Assembly: GCA_001795385.1 (NCBI GenBank) | Contig: MGOU01000020.1 | Location: 27,539-91,538, forward strand | Direction: 5' to 3' | DNA: 64,000 nucleotides | DNA from: Clostridiales bacterium GWD2_32_19 | GTDB taxonomy: Bacteria; Bacillota; Clostridia; Lachnospirales; UBA12420 | Part shown: positions 22,731 to 32,927 of the stretch, in pieces | How positions within the stretch are numbered: the first letter of the stretch is position 1 | Layout of the letters: each line of letters opens with the position of its first letter | Notes under the pieces: generated by a model | What the model saw: the letters and a program-made list of their open reading frames with translations, nothing else | The model's database searches: none | What the model was told of the DNA's origin: nothing | Made by a program: the position numbers and the translations under genes

Positions 22731-24503
22731 TTATTTTTTCTTTAAATCCATAACTGTTTTAGACTTTAAATGTGCTCCAAATAAAACTGGATCTTTCACT
22801 CCTAAATTGACAAATGAATTTAATAGTATTTTTGTTAATACTATAGCTGAAAAAAGAGAAACTATTATACCTATCATCAATGTTTGTCCAAATCCTTTGA
22901 TAGGTCCTGTTCCTTGCCAGAACAATATTAACGCTATGATAAATGTTGTTGCATTTCCATCTACGATTGCACTCATAGCTTTTTGAAATGCAGAAGCAAT
23001 TGCAGCTTTTGTCGTTTTGCCTCCATTAAGTTCTTCTTTTAGCCTTGAGAATATTATAACATTTGCGTCGACTGCCATACCTACCGATAATATCATACCT
23101 GCTATACCCGGTAAAGTAAGTGTAACATTAAACAAGCTAAATACTGCAAGTACTAGAAATACATAGCCTATAAGAGCTATACCTGCAACAAAACCTGGAA
23201 ATCTATACATTATAACCATAAATATTAATACTAATATAGCACCTAATATACCCGCCTTAACACTTCCAGCGAGTGCATCTTGTCCAAGTCTGGCTTCTAT
23301 AGCTGTTCTTTGAATATCTCTAAGTTCAAAAGGAAGAGCTCCAGAATTAACCAGTTCTGCTACTGTTTTCGCTTGTTTTTCACCTTCCATACCTGTTATT
23401 ACTGCTACACCCGAATCAATTTCAACATTAACTCTTGGCATACTAAGTATATCATTATCTAATATAATAACTATATAATTATTTATATATTTTTTAGTTG
23501 CATCAGCAAACTTTTTTGTTCCTTCTGGTGTCATTTCAAGTTTTACAACTGCTTCAAGAGGGCTTACTTGTGAAGCTTGCTCATAATCCATGCTTGCTCT
23601 ACTTATATCTTTACCTCTTAAAACAAGCTCACCTTTTTGTTGGAAGCCTTGTATTATTGCTTGTGGTATCATAGCTTGTATTTGTTGTTCTGTAGCTGTC
23701 ATACCTAATTGTGCAAATAGTGCTTCTACTTCTGCCCGAGCACTTGTCTTTATTTCTGTAAACTGTTCCTCTGTTATCCCATAAAATTTTAATTCTGCTG
23801 TTCTACCTATCTCGCTAACCGCTTTATTTGGGTCACCAATTCCTGGTATCTCAACTCTTATTCTATTACTTCCTTGCAAAGATACTTCTGCTTCTGTATA
23901 GTTCTTAGCATTCAATCTTTGTCTAAGTAATTCTACCGCAGAGTCCATATCTTCTTTTGAAGGATTTTTAATTCCTGCTTCATATACGATACTTACTCCA
24001 CCTTTTAAATCAAGTCCTAAATTTATATTTTTATGACTTAAAGGGTTATTCATCGTAAACAATGGCTTTTTGGGTACCACTGTTTCAGCTTTTACTGGTG
24101 TTACTTCTTCAGTTGTTGCTGGTGTAGTCACTTCTGTTGCTGCTATATTGTCACTTGGTGTTATCTGATCTGGTGACAAAGTTACTTGTTGTTGTTTAAC
24201 TGTTGCTTCTTGTACTACTGGTGATGATTTAGCAATTGGAATTGTTGTCACCGGTTGTTCAGTACCAGCTGGTAGTTGTTCATTACCTGTTTTTGGTACA
24301 TTAGTAGTCGTTTCCTCTGGTGTTACAGAACCATTAGTTTCTGGTACCACTTCTTTATTTTCTACGCTTTGTTCAACATTTTTTGTTTCTGCTTTTTGTT
24401 TTTCCCCACCGATTGTGATAACTTCATCAGATAAAACCATATATCCAATAATTGCTATCGCAAGTAATACCCCTAAAATTTTAAATAAACTCTTTGCTTT
24501 CAT
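22731..24503 (-). CDS. secD: Protein translocase subunit SecD, with low-complexity insert
   Basis: INLGLDLKGGVSIVY plus a C-terminal six-TM core. About 140 aa of T/P/E/V-rich sequence follow TM1. Confidence 0.9.
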   Translation of the reverse strand: MKAKSLFKILGVLLAIAIIGYMVLSDEVITIGGEKQKAETKNVEQSVENKEVVPETNGSVTPEETTTNVPKTGNEQLPAGTEQPVTTIPIAKSSPVVQEATVKQQQVTLSPDQITPSDNIAATEVTTPATTEEVTPVKAETVVPKKPLFTMNNPLSHKNINLGLDLKGGVSIVYEAGIKNPSKEDMDSAVELLRQRLNAKNYTEAEVSLQGSNRIRVEIPGIGDPNKAVSEIGRTAELKFYGITEEQFTEIKTSARAEVEALFAQLGMTATEQQIQAMIPQAIIQGFQQKGELVLRGKDISRASMDYEQASQVSPLEAVVKLEMTPEGTKKFADATKKYINNYIVIILDNDILSMPRVNVEIDSGVAVITGMEGEKQAKTVAELVNSGALPFELRDIQRTAIEARLGQDALAGSVKAGILGAILVLIFMVIMYRFPGFVAGIALIGYVFLVLAVFSLFNVTLTLPGIAGMILSVGMAVDANVIIFSRLKEELNGGKTTKAAIASAFQKAMSAIVDGNATTFIIALILFWQGTGPIKGFGQTLMIGIIVSLFSAIVLTKILLNSFVNLGVKDPVLFGAHLKSKTVMDLKKK

Positions 24504-24680
24504 AAAATTCTCCTTTCGTTAATAAGTGCACAAATTATGCTAATTCATATGTAAAATTTATTTGTAAATAGCAAATAGCTATATATTACCTAATTTCTCT
24601 GAGCTTTAATTAAAACTCCTTTCAGTAGCATACAACACCCTTTCATACTTTCCATATTATAGTAGTTTTTTGTAAAATAG

Positions 24681-25688
24681 TCAAGCTTTTTCAACAAAAT
24701 TAAGTCCAAAATGTTGATACGATAGTTTTGTAGCTACCCGTCCACGCGGTGTCCTATCAATATATCCAAGTTTTATAAGATATGGCTCATAAACATCTTC
24801 TATCGTTCCGGCATCTTCGCCTATAGATGCTGCAAGTGTATCAAGCCCAACAGGACCACCTGAATACTTGTCTATTATACAAATAAGCAGCTTCCTATCC
24901 ACTTCATCTAGTCCAACCGTATCTATTTCCAATTCATTCAAAGCCTCATTTGCTACTATATCCGTTATGACACCATCATGAATAACTTGTGCAAAGTCTC
25001 TCACCCTCTTTAGCAACCTATTCGCAATCCTTGGAGTTCCTCTAGATCTTCTCGCAAGTTCTTTAGCACCAAATTCGTCTATCTCGACTGATAATATCTT
25101 CGAAGAACGATTCACAATCTGAGTCAACTCATTATTATCATAAAACTCAAGCTTATGAATAACTCCAAATCGATCCCTAAGCGGTGATGATAAAAGCCCT
25201 ATCCTCGTAGTTGCACCTATAAGCGTAAACTTAGGCAACTCAAGCCTTATAGACTTTGCCCCCGGTCCCTTACCTATAATTATATCAAGTGCATAATCCT
25301 CCATAGCAGGATACAAAACCTCTTCTATAGTTTTATTCAATCTATGTATTTCATCAATAAACAAAATATCATTCTCATCAAGACTAGTCAAAATAGAAGC
25401 CAAATCCCCAGGTTTTTCAATAGCCGGTCCCGAAGTTATCTTTATATTCCCCTCCATCTCATTAGCAACTATCCCCGCAAGCGTGGTCTTCCCAAGCCCC
25501 GGAGGCCCATAAAGCAAAACATGATCCAAAGGCTCACCCCTCTGCTTTGCCGCTTGTATAAATATATTCAAATTCTTCTTAATCCTAGTCTGCCCAATAT
25601 ACTCATCAAGCGTACTCGGCCTAAGCTTAGGCTCCAACTCCTTATCCTCACCCTCAATATCCGCAGTAATAATACGTTTCTTCATCAA
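24681..25688 (-). CDS. ruvB: Holliday junction helicase RuvB
   Basis: [12 protein letters not shown]...[14 protein letters not shown]...FIDEIHRL. Confidence 0.96.
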   Translation of the reverse strand: MMKKRIITADIEGEDKELEPKLRPSTLDEYIGQTRIKKNLNIFIQAAKQRGEPLDHVLLYGPPGLGKTTLAGIVANEMEGNIKITSGPAIEKPGDLASILTSLDENDILFIDEIHRLNKTIEEVLYPAMEDYALDIIIGKGPGAKSIRLELPKFTLIGATTRIGLLSSPLRDRFGVIHKLEFYDNNELTQIVNRSSKILSVEIDEFGAKELARRSRGTPRIANRLLKRVRDFAQVIHDGVITDIVANEALNELEIDTVGLDEVDRKLLICIIDKYSGGPVGLDTLAASIGEDAGTIEDVYEPYLIKLGYIDRTPRGRVATKLSYQHFGLNFVEKA

Positions 25689-25777
25689 ATCACCATCCTT
25701 TTATTAAATAGTTTCGTATAAATCCTTTCTTTATGGATTCATTTTATTAACTAATTCATCTTACTTTATCTTTACTA

Positions 25778-25860
25778 TATATTTATCTTTTATATTTATC
25801 TTCTATATTTATCTTCTATATTTATCTTCTATATTTATCTTCTATATTTATCTTTTATAA
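25778..25860. repeat. 13-bp tandem repeat (about 6.4 copies of tatatttatcttc)
   Basis: Read directly from the sequence. Units at 25778, 25791, 25804, 25817, 25830 and 25843. Confidence 0.9.
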
Positions 25861-26037
25861 ATTCGCGTAGCTCCTTACTCACAATCGTGCGTGTGACGCG
25901 ATAGCGGAATAGCTAAGTTTGTGAGCTATCCCCCTTAAAGGATAAGGGGTTAGGGGTTCTGAGTTTTTTTGTTACTTTTTTTTGAAAAAAAGTAAAAGAC
26001 AATTATTATCTTTTGGTTACTTTTTTTGAAAAAGTAA
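25861..26037. repeat. Composite structured repeat (hairpins + ggggttagggg + AT hairpin), copy A
   Basis: Shares ...tccccc-N-ggggttagggg(t)t(c)tgagtttttttgttacttttt-N-gaaaaaaagtaa with 57960-58093. A second partial hairpin at 26015-26037 abuts the ftsY stop codon. Confidence 0.7.
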
Positions 26038-26042
26038 GAAAG

Positions 26043-27227
26043 CTATTCAAACAATGCATTCACAAATTCAGCCGCATCAAACTCTTGCAAATCCTCAATC
26101 CCTTCTCCAACTCCAATATACCGCACAGGAATATTAAGCTCCTTATTAATCGCCACAACAATACCCCCCTTTGCAGTACCATCAAGCTTCGTAAGTATCA
26201 ACCCATCAATATCAACAATCTCCCCAAACAACTTTGCCTGTTGCAATGCATTTTGCCCCGTAGTGGCATCAAGCACCAACAACATCTCCTTCTCCGCTTC
26301 TGGATATTCCTTCTCTATTATCTTATATATCTTCTTCAATTCATCCATGAGATTTTTCTTATTGTGAAGTCTCCCAGCCGTATCGCATATAAGCAAATCC
26401 ATCTTTCTCGCCTTTGCAGCAGCTATAGCATCAAACACCACTGCCCCAGGGTCTGATCCCTCTTTATGTTTTATTAAATCTATATTTGCTCTATTTGCCC
26501 ATTCCGCTAGCTGCTCTATCGCCGCAGCTCTAAATGTATCAGCAGCAGCCAATAAAACTTTTTTTCCTTCTTTTCTATATTTACTTGCAAGCTTTCCAAC
26601 ACTTGTAGTTTTGCCTGCTCCATTAACACCTATAATTAACATTACCTTTTTACCTGACTCATCCTGTTTTTTAGGTTTATCAGAAAAAGTCAAAATCTTC
26701 ACTATCTCTTCCTTTAGCAAACTTTTTATCTCACTTGGTTCCTTAAGTCTACCATCCTTAGCCTTTTGTCTAAGATCCGCTATTATATCTATAGTTGCAG
26801 CAACGCCTATATCAGCCATAATAAGCTGCTCCTCAAGCTCCTCAAAAAGCTCCTCGTCAATCTTAGTAAAACCCTTAAGTACATTATCTATATTGCCTAT
26901 TATGTTGCTTTTAGTTTTTGAGAGACCTTTGACCAGCTTCTGAAAGAAACTTTGCTTTTCTTCTACTAATTCTTCAATCACATCATCTTCTTTTATTTCT
27001 TCTTTTACTTCTTCTTTTATTTCTTCTTTTACTTCTTCTGCTACTTTTACAACTTTTACAACTTCCTTCGTTACTTCAGTTTTAATATCTTCTACTATTT
27101 CTTCATCTAAAACTTCTTGCATTTTTTCCTCTACCTGCACTATTTCTTTTTCTTCTTCATGCCTATTCCATGTCATAGGAACGACCTTTTCTTCTTTCTT
27201 TTTAAATATATTATCAAACAAACCCAT
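26043..27227 (-). CDS. ftsY: Signal recognition particle receptor FtsY
   Basis: Acidic E/K/V-rich N-terminus. NG domain GVNGAGKTTSVGKLA...DTAGRLHNK...TKLDGTAKGG. Confidence 0.93.
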   Translation of the reverse strand: MGLFDNIFKKKEEKVVPMTWNRHEEEKEIVQVEEKMQEVLDEEIVEDIKTEVTKEVVKVVKVAEEVKEEIKEEVKEEIKEDDVIEELVEEKQSFFQKLVKGLSKTKSNIIGNIDNVLKGFTKIDEELFEELEEQLIMADIGVAATIDIIADLRQKAKDGRLKEPSEIKSLLKEEIVKILTFSDKPKKQDESGKKVMLIIGVNGAGKTTSVGKLASKYRKEGKKVLLAAADTFRAAAIEQLAEWANRANIDLIKHKEGSDPGAVVFDAIAAAKARKMDLLICDTAGRLHNKKNLMDELKKIYKIIEKEYPEAEKEMLLVLDATTGQNALQQAKLFGEIVDIDGLILTKLDGTAKGGIVVAINKELNIPVRYIGVGEGIEDLQEFDAAEFVNALFE

Positions 27228-27264
27228 TGTTATTCTCCTTTCATAAATTACACCTGTATCTATA

Positions 27265-27810
27265 TTAATTATTTTTATTTATCAAGTTAACTACTAATTT
27301 CACCATTAAATCTTTCTCACCTGAATTGCTTTCAGCAATGAGTAAGGTTATAGCAACTAAAGTATTATCAGCAATTCTTTTCGTTCCATCTTCTCTATAT
27401 AATAATTGATTTTCATCTAAAAACCATAAAAACATAGAAGCACCTATTCTTTTGTTTCCATCACTAAAGCCATGATTTTTAACAATTAGATAAAGTAAAT
27501 TAGCTGCTTTTTCCTCAATGCTTTGGTACAAGTCTTCTTACCAAATGTTTGATATTCTGTTATAACATTTAATAGCCCTTTTTCCCTCTTTTTGAACTAC
27601 CGAGAAATCCTCGGTAGTTGAATTTTTATCTAATTCATTAGTTTCATAAATATCTTTAATATGCAACCCTATCGTATCAACATTTTTATCAAACAACTCT
27701 GCCATCTGTTTCTGAGAAAGCCATACTGTTTCTTCTTCCAACTTTACTTCAAAGTTAATCTTTCCATCTTCTGTTTGATATAACATTATCTCTTTTGCCA
27801 CTCTCGCCAC
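27265..27810 (-). pseudogene. RhuM-like N-terminus joined to a Fic/Doc domain, interrupted by an in-frame TAA
   Basis: ORFs 27538-27810 (IMLYQTEDGKINFEVKLEEETVWLSQKQMAELF) and 27265-27531 (EEKAANLLYLIVKNHGFSDGNKRIG) are in the same frame. Only the stop codon at 27538-27540 separates them. The middle of a full-length RhuM-type protein appears to be missing. Confidence 0.55.
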
Positions 27811-27830
27811 TCCTTGCTTATTTCAAAATC

Positions 27831-27911
27831 CTACTTTATTGACATTAAATAACCTACCAAGTCTGCAATTTCTTCCGGCTTTCCATTTCTTCCAAGTGGA
27901 GTGATTTGCAT
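27831..27911 (-). pseudogene. Short-chain dehydrogenase (FabG-like) C-terminal fragment
   Basis: Translates to MQITPLGRNGKPEEIADLVGYLMSIK*, the conserved SDR C-terminal block. No upstream body is present. Confidence 0.45.
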
Positions 27912-27952
27912 GCATCATATGAAGCTTCTGTTGACATACCTGTATTTATCCA

Positions 27953-30900
27953 TTATACCACTTCCTCAAGCTTCACAGATATTACCTTACTTATCCCCTT
28001 CTCCTGCATCGTCACCCCATACAGGTAATCTGCAATCTCCATGGTACCCTTTCTATGAGTTACCACAAGAAATTGTGTGTTCTTTGAGTAGTTCTTTATG
28101 TAGTTTGCATATCTAGTTACATTTGCATCATCTAGCGCCGCTTCTATCTCATCTAGCACGCAGAACGGTGATGGTCGTAATTTTAGTATCGCAAATAATA
28201 GCGAAATGGCTGTTAGGGCTTTTTCTCCACCCGAGAGTAGCATTATATTTTGTAGGTGCTTTCCTGGTGGCTCGACAACTATTTCTATACCTGATTCAAG
28301 TGTGTTTTCTTCATTAACTAGTTTCAGATGAGCTCGTCCTCCACCAAACATCTCTTTGAATATCTCATCAAAATTCTTATCTATTTCTTTAAATTCGTAC
28401 TCAAACTGCTTTTGCATTGCTTGTAATAATTCTCTTATTATTTCTTCTAGCTTTTTCTCTGCTTTTTGTATGTCGTCCCGTTGATATACTAGGAAATCAT
28501 ATCTTTCCTTTATTGTTTTATACTGCTCTATTGCATCTAGGTTTACATTGCCCAACTTTTCAATTTGTGATTTATATTCTCTTATGCTTTCCTTAGCTTT
28601 TGTGTAGCTAAACTTATCGTCTTTATGGGTTTCTGCCTCATCATATGTAAGTTTATATTTTTCAAACAATTGTTCTTCAATATTTTCCATTTTTATTTTA
28701 TACTCTATACTACTATTTTCAAGTTTATATATTTTATCTTGCGTTACATTTATTTTAGTGTTTAACTCTACTATTATCTCATCTAATGCTTTCATTTTAT
28801 TTTCAAATTCAATAAAAGCCTTTCCATCTACTTCTATTCTTTTAGATAATTCAATGATTTTATCTTTTTCTGTCTGCATTTTTTGTACCAAAAGCTTCTT
28901 TGTTTCTACATTTTTATATATGGAAGAATTAAAACCTTCAATCCTTGTCTCCAGCTCTTTTATTTCAGACTCTACATCTAAAACTTCTTGTTCTAGCCTT
29001 TCTTGCTCTTCTTTTCCCGTTGTATTCTTTTGCATTATTCCCGACAACTCCACTTTTATGGTAGTTATCTCTTCTGCTATATTAAATTTTGACAGTTTCT
29101 CAGCATCTAAAGAATTTCTATAAGTTTCTATCTTTTGTTTGCTTTGCTCTATATTTTCTTCTACCTCTTTTATCTGCATTTCTTTATATTTTATTTCTTC
29201 TTCTATCTCAATCTGTTGCTTTTCTATGTTTGCCTTCTCGATGGTACTCCGACTATTTTTCTCCAAACTGTCAATCTTTGCTCTTTCTATCATTTCATAA
29301 TTGTTTTTTATTTTCACCAGTTCATATTCTAGATTTTGAAGTTCTTTATTCTTTATTAAGAGCTCACTTTCTTCTAATTGTTTACTCTCTGTCACCTTTT
29401 TTATATTTTCATGTTGTTTATTTATCTCTACTTCAAGTTTTTCTATATTAGTTTTCAACACTTCTATTTCACGACTACGCGTAAATAAGCTCGCTGTATT
29501 TGAGGAAATACTTCCACCCGTTATAGACCCACCAGCATTAAATACTTCTCCTTCAAGTGTCACTACTTTATATGCATACTTGTACTTTTTAGAAAATATT
29601 ATCGCGTTTTCTATAACATCAATTATTATTGTTTTACCCAACATATTATCTATTATATCACTGTATATATCATCACAGGTTACAAAATCACTCATAACTC
29701 CGAGTACACCTGTCTCTGTTAAAATATTTTTCGATATACTCTTTCTCTCACTTGATTTCACAGAACTAATAGGCAGGAATGTGGCTCTTCCTTGTTTGTT
29801 TTGTTTTAGAAAATCAATTACCTGTTTTGCTGTGTGTTCTTCGTCTACAATAATATTTTGGACGCGTGCCCCTAGTGATACATCCAGCGCAACTTCAAAC
29901 CCTTCCTTAACATTAATTAGTTCGCCTAGCACACCACATATACCTTTCCATTTTGTTTCATTATTTTTCTTTAGCTCCAAAATAGTTTTTATGCTTTTGC
30001 CGTAGCCTTCGTGGTGGTTTTTCATATCAACATATACATTGTGTTTTGAGCGTATATTACTTAGCTCTTTGCTACTTTCTCTTTCGTTATTCTGCAAATT
30101 CATTATCTCTTTTGCATATTCACTTTGTTTGTTGGTCAGTTCTGATATCTTATCCTCTACATTTTTCTTTTGCATAAGATATGTATCTAGTTGTTTTTTA
30201 TTTATAATAATTTCGTTATCTATAAAAAGTGTTGTCTTATCTCTATTTGCTATTTCGTCTTCAAGTAATAACAGTTTTTCTTTCAAGCTCTCTACCACAA
30301 ATATAAGCTTCTCTTTTTCAGTTTTTAAATCATACGACTTATTTATCTTATTTGCTATATCAGTCTTTATATTTTCCAAATCATTCTCTTTATCTTTTGT
30401 TGCAATATCTAGCATAGAATAATGTTCTTGTTTCATTAATAGTAGTTGTTCATTCTTTTCTATATTTGATAAAATTGTTTTATATTCCGCTCTAACCTCT
30501 TTCAGTAACCCTTCCTTTGATTTTAGTACATCCAAAAGAGAAGTCTTACGCTCGTTCGACTCCTTTATACTTAGCTGTGCATTACTCATTTTTTCTTCAA
30601 TTATCTTGACTTCGCCATCTTTTCTCTCAACTTCAAGTTCTAAATGTGAAAGCTCTCTTTTCTCATTCTCTACTTCTTCTTTTACTTTATTATGCTCGTC
30701 GTACAACTTAGTTTTGTCTGATTTTGCATGTAAAAGTTCATCACTTGCACCTGCAATCTCTTTTTTAAAAACATCTTCCTTGCCTTGTATTGCATCTATC
30801 TGCTCTTTTGCTTTTTTATAATCGTATATGTATATGTTTAATTCATCTATCTCTAATTTTTCCTTAATGCCCAAATATTTATGAGCTTTTTCTGATTGCT

Positions 30901-31519
30901 CGCACAAAGGCTCTATTTGATTTGTAAGCTCTGATACAATATCATTAACTCGAGTTAAGTTTTGCTTTTCTTCATCTAGCTTTTTTTCAGTATCCTTAAG
31001 CCTTATCCTATACTTGCTTATTCCAGTAGCTTCCTCAAAAAAACTCCTACGTTCAGCAGGTTTATTATTAAGAATTTCGTCTATTTTGCCTTGTCCTATT
31101 ATTGAATACCCCTCTTTACCTATTCCAGTATCATAAAAAAGGTCATAGATGTCTTTGAGCCTACACCCCGAATCATTAATTAGATATTCAGCTTCTCCTG
31201 ATCTATAAACTCGTCTTTTTATCTCAACTTCACTAAATGTGGTATTTAATTTGTATTGCGAATTATCAATAAGCATGCTTACTTCAGCCATACCTTGTGG
31301 TTTTCTCGTCTCTGTACCTGAAAATATTATTTCATCCATTTTTGTTCCGCGCAAAGATTTTGCACTCTGCTCACCCAAAACCCATCTTATGGCATCAGCA
31401 ATATTGCTCTTTCCACTCCCATTTGGCCCAACTATGCACGTTATTCCATCATCAAATTCTAGATTGAGTTTATCCGCAAAAGATTTAAAACCTTTTATTT
31501 TAAGTTGTTTTAGTTTCAA
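27953..31519 (-). CDS. smc: Chromosome segregation protein SMC
   Basis: 1188 aa. Walker A GPNGSGKSN, long coiled coils, hinge, signature LSGGEKALTA, Walker B FCVLDEIEAALD. Confidence 0.97.
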   Translation of the reverse strand: MKLKQLKIKGFKSFADKLNLEFDDGITCIVGPNGSGKSNIADAIRWVLGEQSAKSLRGTKMDEIIFSGTETRKPQGMAEVSMLIDNSQYKLNTTFSEVEIKRRVYRSGEAEYLINDSGCRLKDIYDLFYDTGIGKEGYSIIGQGKIDEILNNKPAERRSFFEEATGISKYRIRLKDTEKKLDEEKQNLTRVNDIVSELTNQIEPLCEQSEKAHKYLGIKEKLEIDELNIYIYDYKKAKEQIDAIQGKEDVFKKEIAGASDELLHAKSDKTKLYDEHNKVKEEVENEKRELSHLELEVERKDGEVKIIEEKMSNAQLSIKESNERKTSLLDVLKSKEGLLKEVRAEYKTILSNIEKNEQLLLMKQEHYSMLDIATKDKENDLENIKTDIANKINKSYDLKTEKEKLIFVVESLKEKLLLLEDEIANRDKTTLFIDNEIIINKKQLDTYLMQKKNVEDKISELTNKQSEYAKEIMNLQNNERESSKELSNIRSKHNVYVDMKNHHEGYGKSIKTILELKKNNETKWKGICGVLGELINVKEGFEVALDVSLGARVQNIIVDEEHTAKQVIDFLKQNKQGRATFLPISSVKSSERKSISKNILTETGVLGVMSDFVTCDDIYSDIIDNMLGKTIIIDVIENAIIFSKKYKYAYKVVTLEGEVFNAGGSITGGSISSNTASLFTRSREIEVLKTNIEKLEVEINKQHENIKKVTESKQLEESELLIKNKELQNLEYELVKIKNNYEMIERAKIDSLEKNSRSTIEKANIEKQQIEIEEEIKYKEMQIKEVEENIEQSKQKIETYRNSLDAEKLSKFNIAEEITTIKVELSGIMQKNTTGKEEQERLEQEVLDVESEIKELETRIEGFNSSIYKNVETKKLLVQKMQTEKDKIIELSKRIEVDGKAFIEFENKMKALDEIIVELNTKINVTQDKIYKLENSSIEYKIKMENIEEQLFEKYKLTYDEAETHKDDKFSYTKAKESIREYKSQIEKLGNVNLDAIEQYKTIKERYDFLVYQRDDIQKAEKKLEEIIRELLQAMQKQFEYEFKEIDKNFDEIFKEMFGGGRAHLKLVNEENTLESGIEIVVEPPGKHLQNIMLLSGGEKALTAISLLFAILKLRPSPFCVLDEIEAALDDANVTRYANYIKNYSKNTQFLVVTHRKGTMEIADYLYGVTMQEKGISKVISVKLEEVV

Positions 31520-31535
31520 AGCAATTCATTCCCTT

Positions 31536-32183
31536 CTAAATTAATCCGTCTACTTCTTCATTTATCCTTTTAAAAAACTCAACCATATAATTATGCCTTT
31601 CCTCTGCTATTTTCTTACCCTCACTTGTTAACATTTTATCTTTAATCTTACTTAGTTTAATTAAAAACTCTCTATATGCCGTATCTTCTTTTGAATATTC
31701 ATATGTATTTTCTAAATCTATGTCTTTATTATGAACTCTAGAGCCTATTTCCCCTGCAAAAACAAATGTTCTTGCTAATCCTATCGCCCCTATTGAGTCC
31801 AGCTTGTCCGCATCAAATAGTATTTTAGCCTCAAGTGTTTCAAATTCATTTTCACTACGTGATCTATGCGTTCTAATACAACTTACTACTTTTCCAATTA
31901 CATCATCAGCAATATCATGTTTTTCCATTAACACTTTTGCTTTTTTCGCCCCTTCTAAAGCATGGCATATTTCGCCATTTGATAATTTTTCTTCTTTCCT
32001 TGCTATATCATGCAGTATAGCAGCAAGCTCCAATACTTCCAAATCAGCATTTTCTATTTTCCCTATATGTATACACATTTTATAAACTCTATCTACATGA
32101 TCTGCATCATGACTACCTATATCATTATAATATTTTTCCTTTACCTCATCAAAGATTTCTTTATACTTATACACTTTAGTCAA
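31536..32183 (-). CDS. HD-domain phosphohydrolase
   Basis: HDADHVDRV...AAILHDIAR...FDADKLD. Confidence 0.8.
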   Translation of the reverse strand: MTKVYKYKEIFDEVKEKYYNDIGSHDADHVDRVYKMCIHIGKIENADLEVLELAAILHDIARKEEKLSNGEICHALEGAKKAKVLMEKHDIADDVIGKVVSCIRTHRSRSENEFETLEAKILFDADKLDSIGAIGLARTFVFAGEIGSRVHNKDIDLENTYEYSKEDTAYREFLIKLSKIKDKMLTSEGKKIAEERHNYMVEFFKRINEEVDGLI

Positions 32184-32194
32184 ACCTACCTCTC

Positions 32195-32905
32195 CTACTC
32201 ATCTAGTATCTTAAAATTAGCCAGTGCTTCTTTCGCTGCGCTTTGCTCTGCTTCTTTTTTTGATTTTCCTGTGCCCACTCCAATAACTTCATTACCATGC
32301 ATCACTTGTGATACAAACTCTTTGTCGTGCGCAGGACCCTTTTCTTTTATAATAACATACTCTATTTTTTTATTACTTTTCTTTTGCAATATCTCTTGCA
32401 ATCTAGTTTTTTCATCATTTATACTAAAACTAAAATCAACTTTCTCTATGATATACTCTTCAACAAACTTCTTTACCACATTATATCCACCATCAAGATA
32501 CATAGCTCCTACTAACGCCTCAAAAGCATCAGCAAGAATAGATGGCTTATTCCTTCCTCCACCTAGATTCTCACCTTTTGCTAGATATATATAATTTCCA
32601 AGATTTATTTTTTTTGCAAGTCTAGCAAGAGTCAGTTCGCAGACTCCATTTGAACGCATCTTCGTAAGTTGTCCTTCTGGCACACCTGTGTATTTTATAT
32701 ACAAATATTCGCTAACAATAATTTCAAGCACAGCATCCCCTAAAAACTCAAGCCTCTCGTTGCTCTCAAAACTCGCCCCATTATTTCTTGCATCATTAAC
32801 ATAAGACCTATGCATTAAAGCTTTCTCTAAAAGTTTAGCATCTTTAAATTTATATCCAATTTTTTCTTCTAGAACATCCTTTTTTTCATCCGTCCTTGAT
32901 GTCAT
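32195..32905 (-). CDS. rnc: Ribonuclease III
   Basis: ALMHRSY...NERLEFLGDAVLE...dsRBD GPAHDKEF...GKSKKEAEQSAA. Start uncertain: the ORF is open to 32998 and overlaps plsX. Confidence 0.88.
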   Translation of the reverse strand: MTSRTDEKKDVLEEKIGYKFKDAKLLEKALMHRSYVNDARNNGASFESNERLEFLGDAVLEIIVSEYLYIKYTGVPEGQLTKMRSNGVCELTLARLAKKINLGNYIYLAKGENLGGGRNKPSILADAFEALVGAMYLDGGYNVVKKFVEEYIIEKVDFSFSINDEKTRLQEILQKKSNKKIEYVIIKEKGPAHDKEFVSQVMHGNEVIGVGTGKSKKEAEQSAAKEALANFKILDE

Positions 32906-32927
32906 CCTTTTTATTTTATCAATTATA

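Noticed and set aside
25778-25860. A regularly spaced 13-bp repeat array (and the 18-bp array at 58091-58160) considered as possible CRISPR arrays.
   Set aside because: The units are directly abutting with no unique spacers. They are far shorter than CRISPR repeats, and no cas genes are nearby. They are simple tandem repeats.
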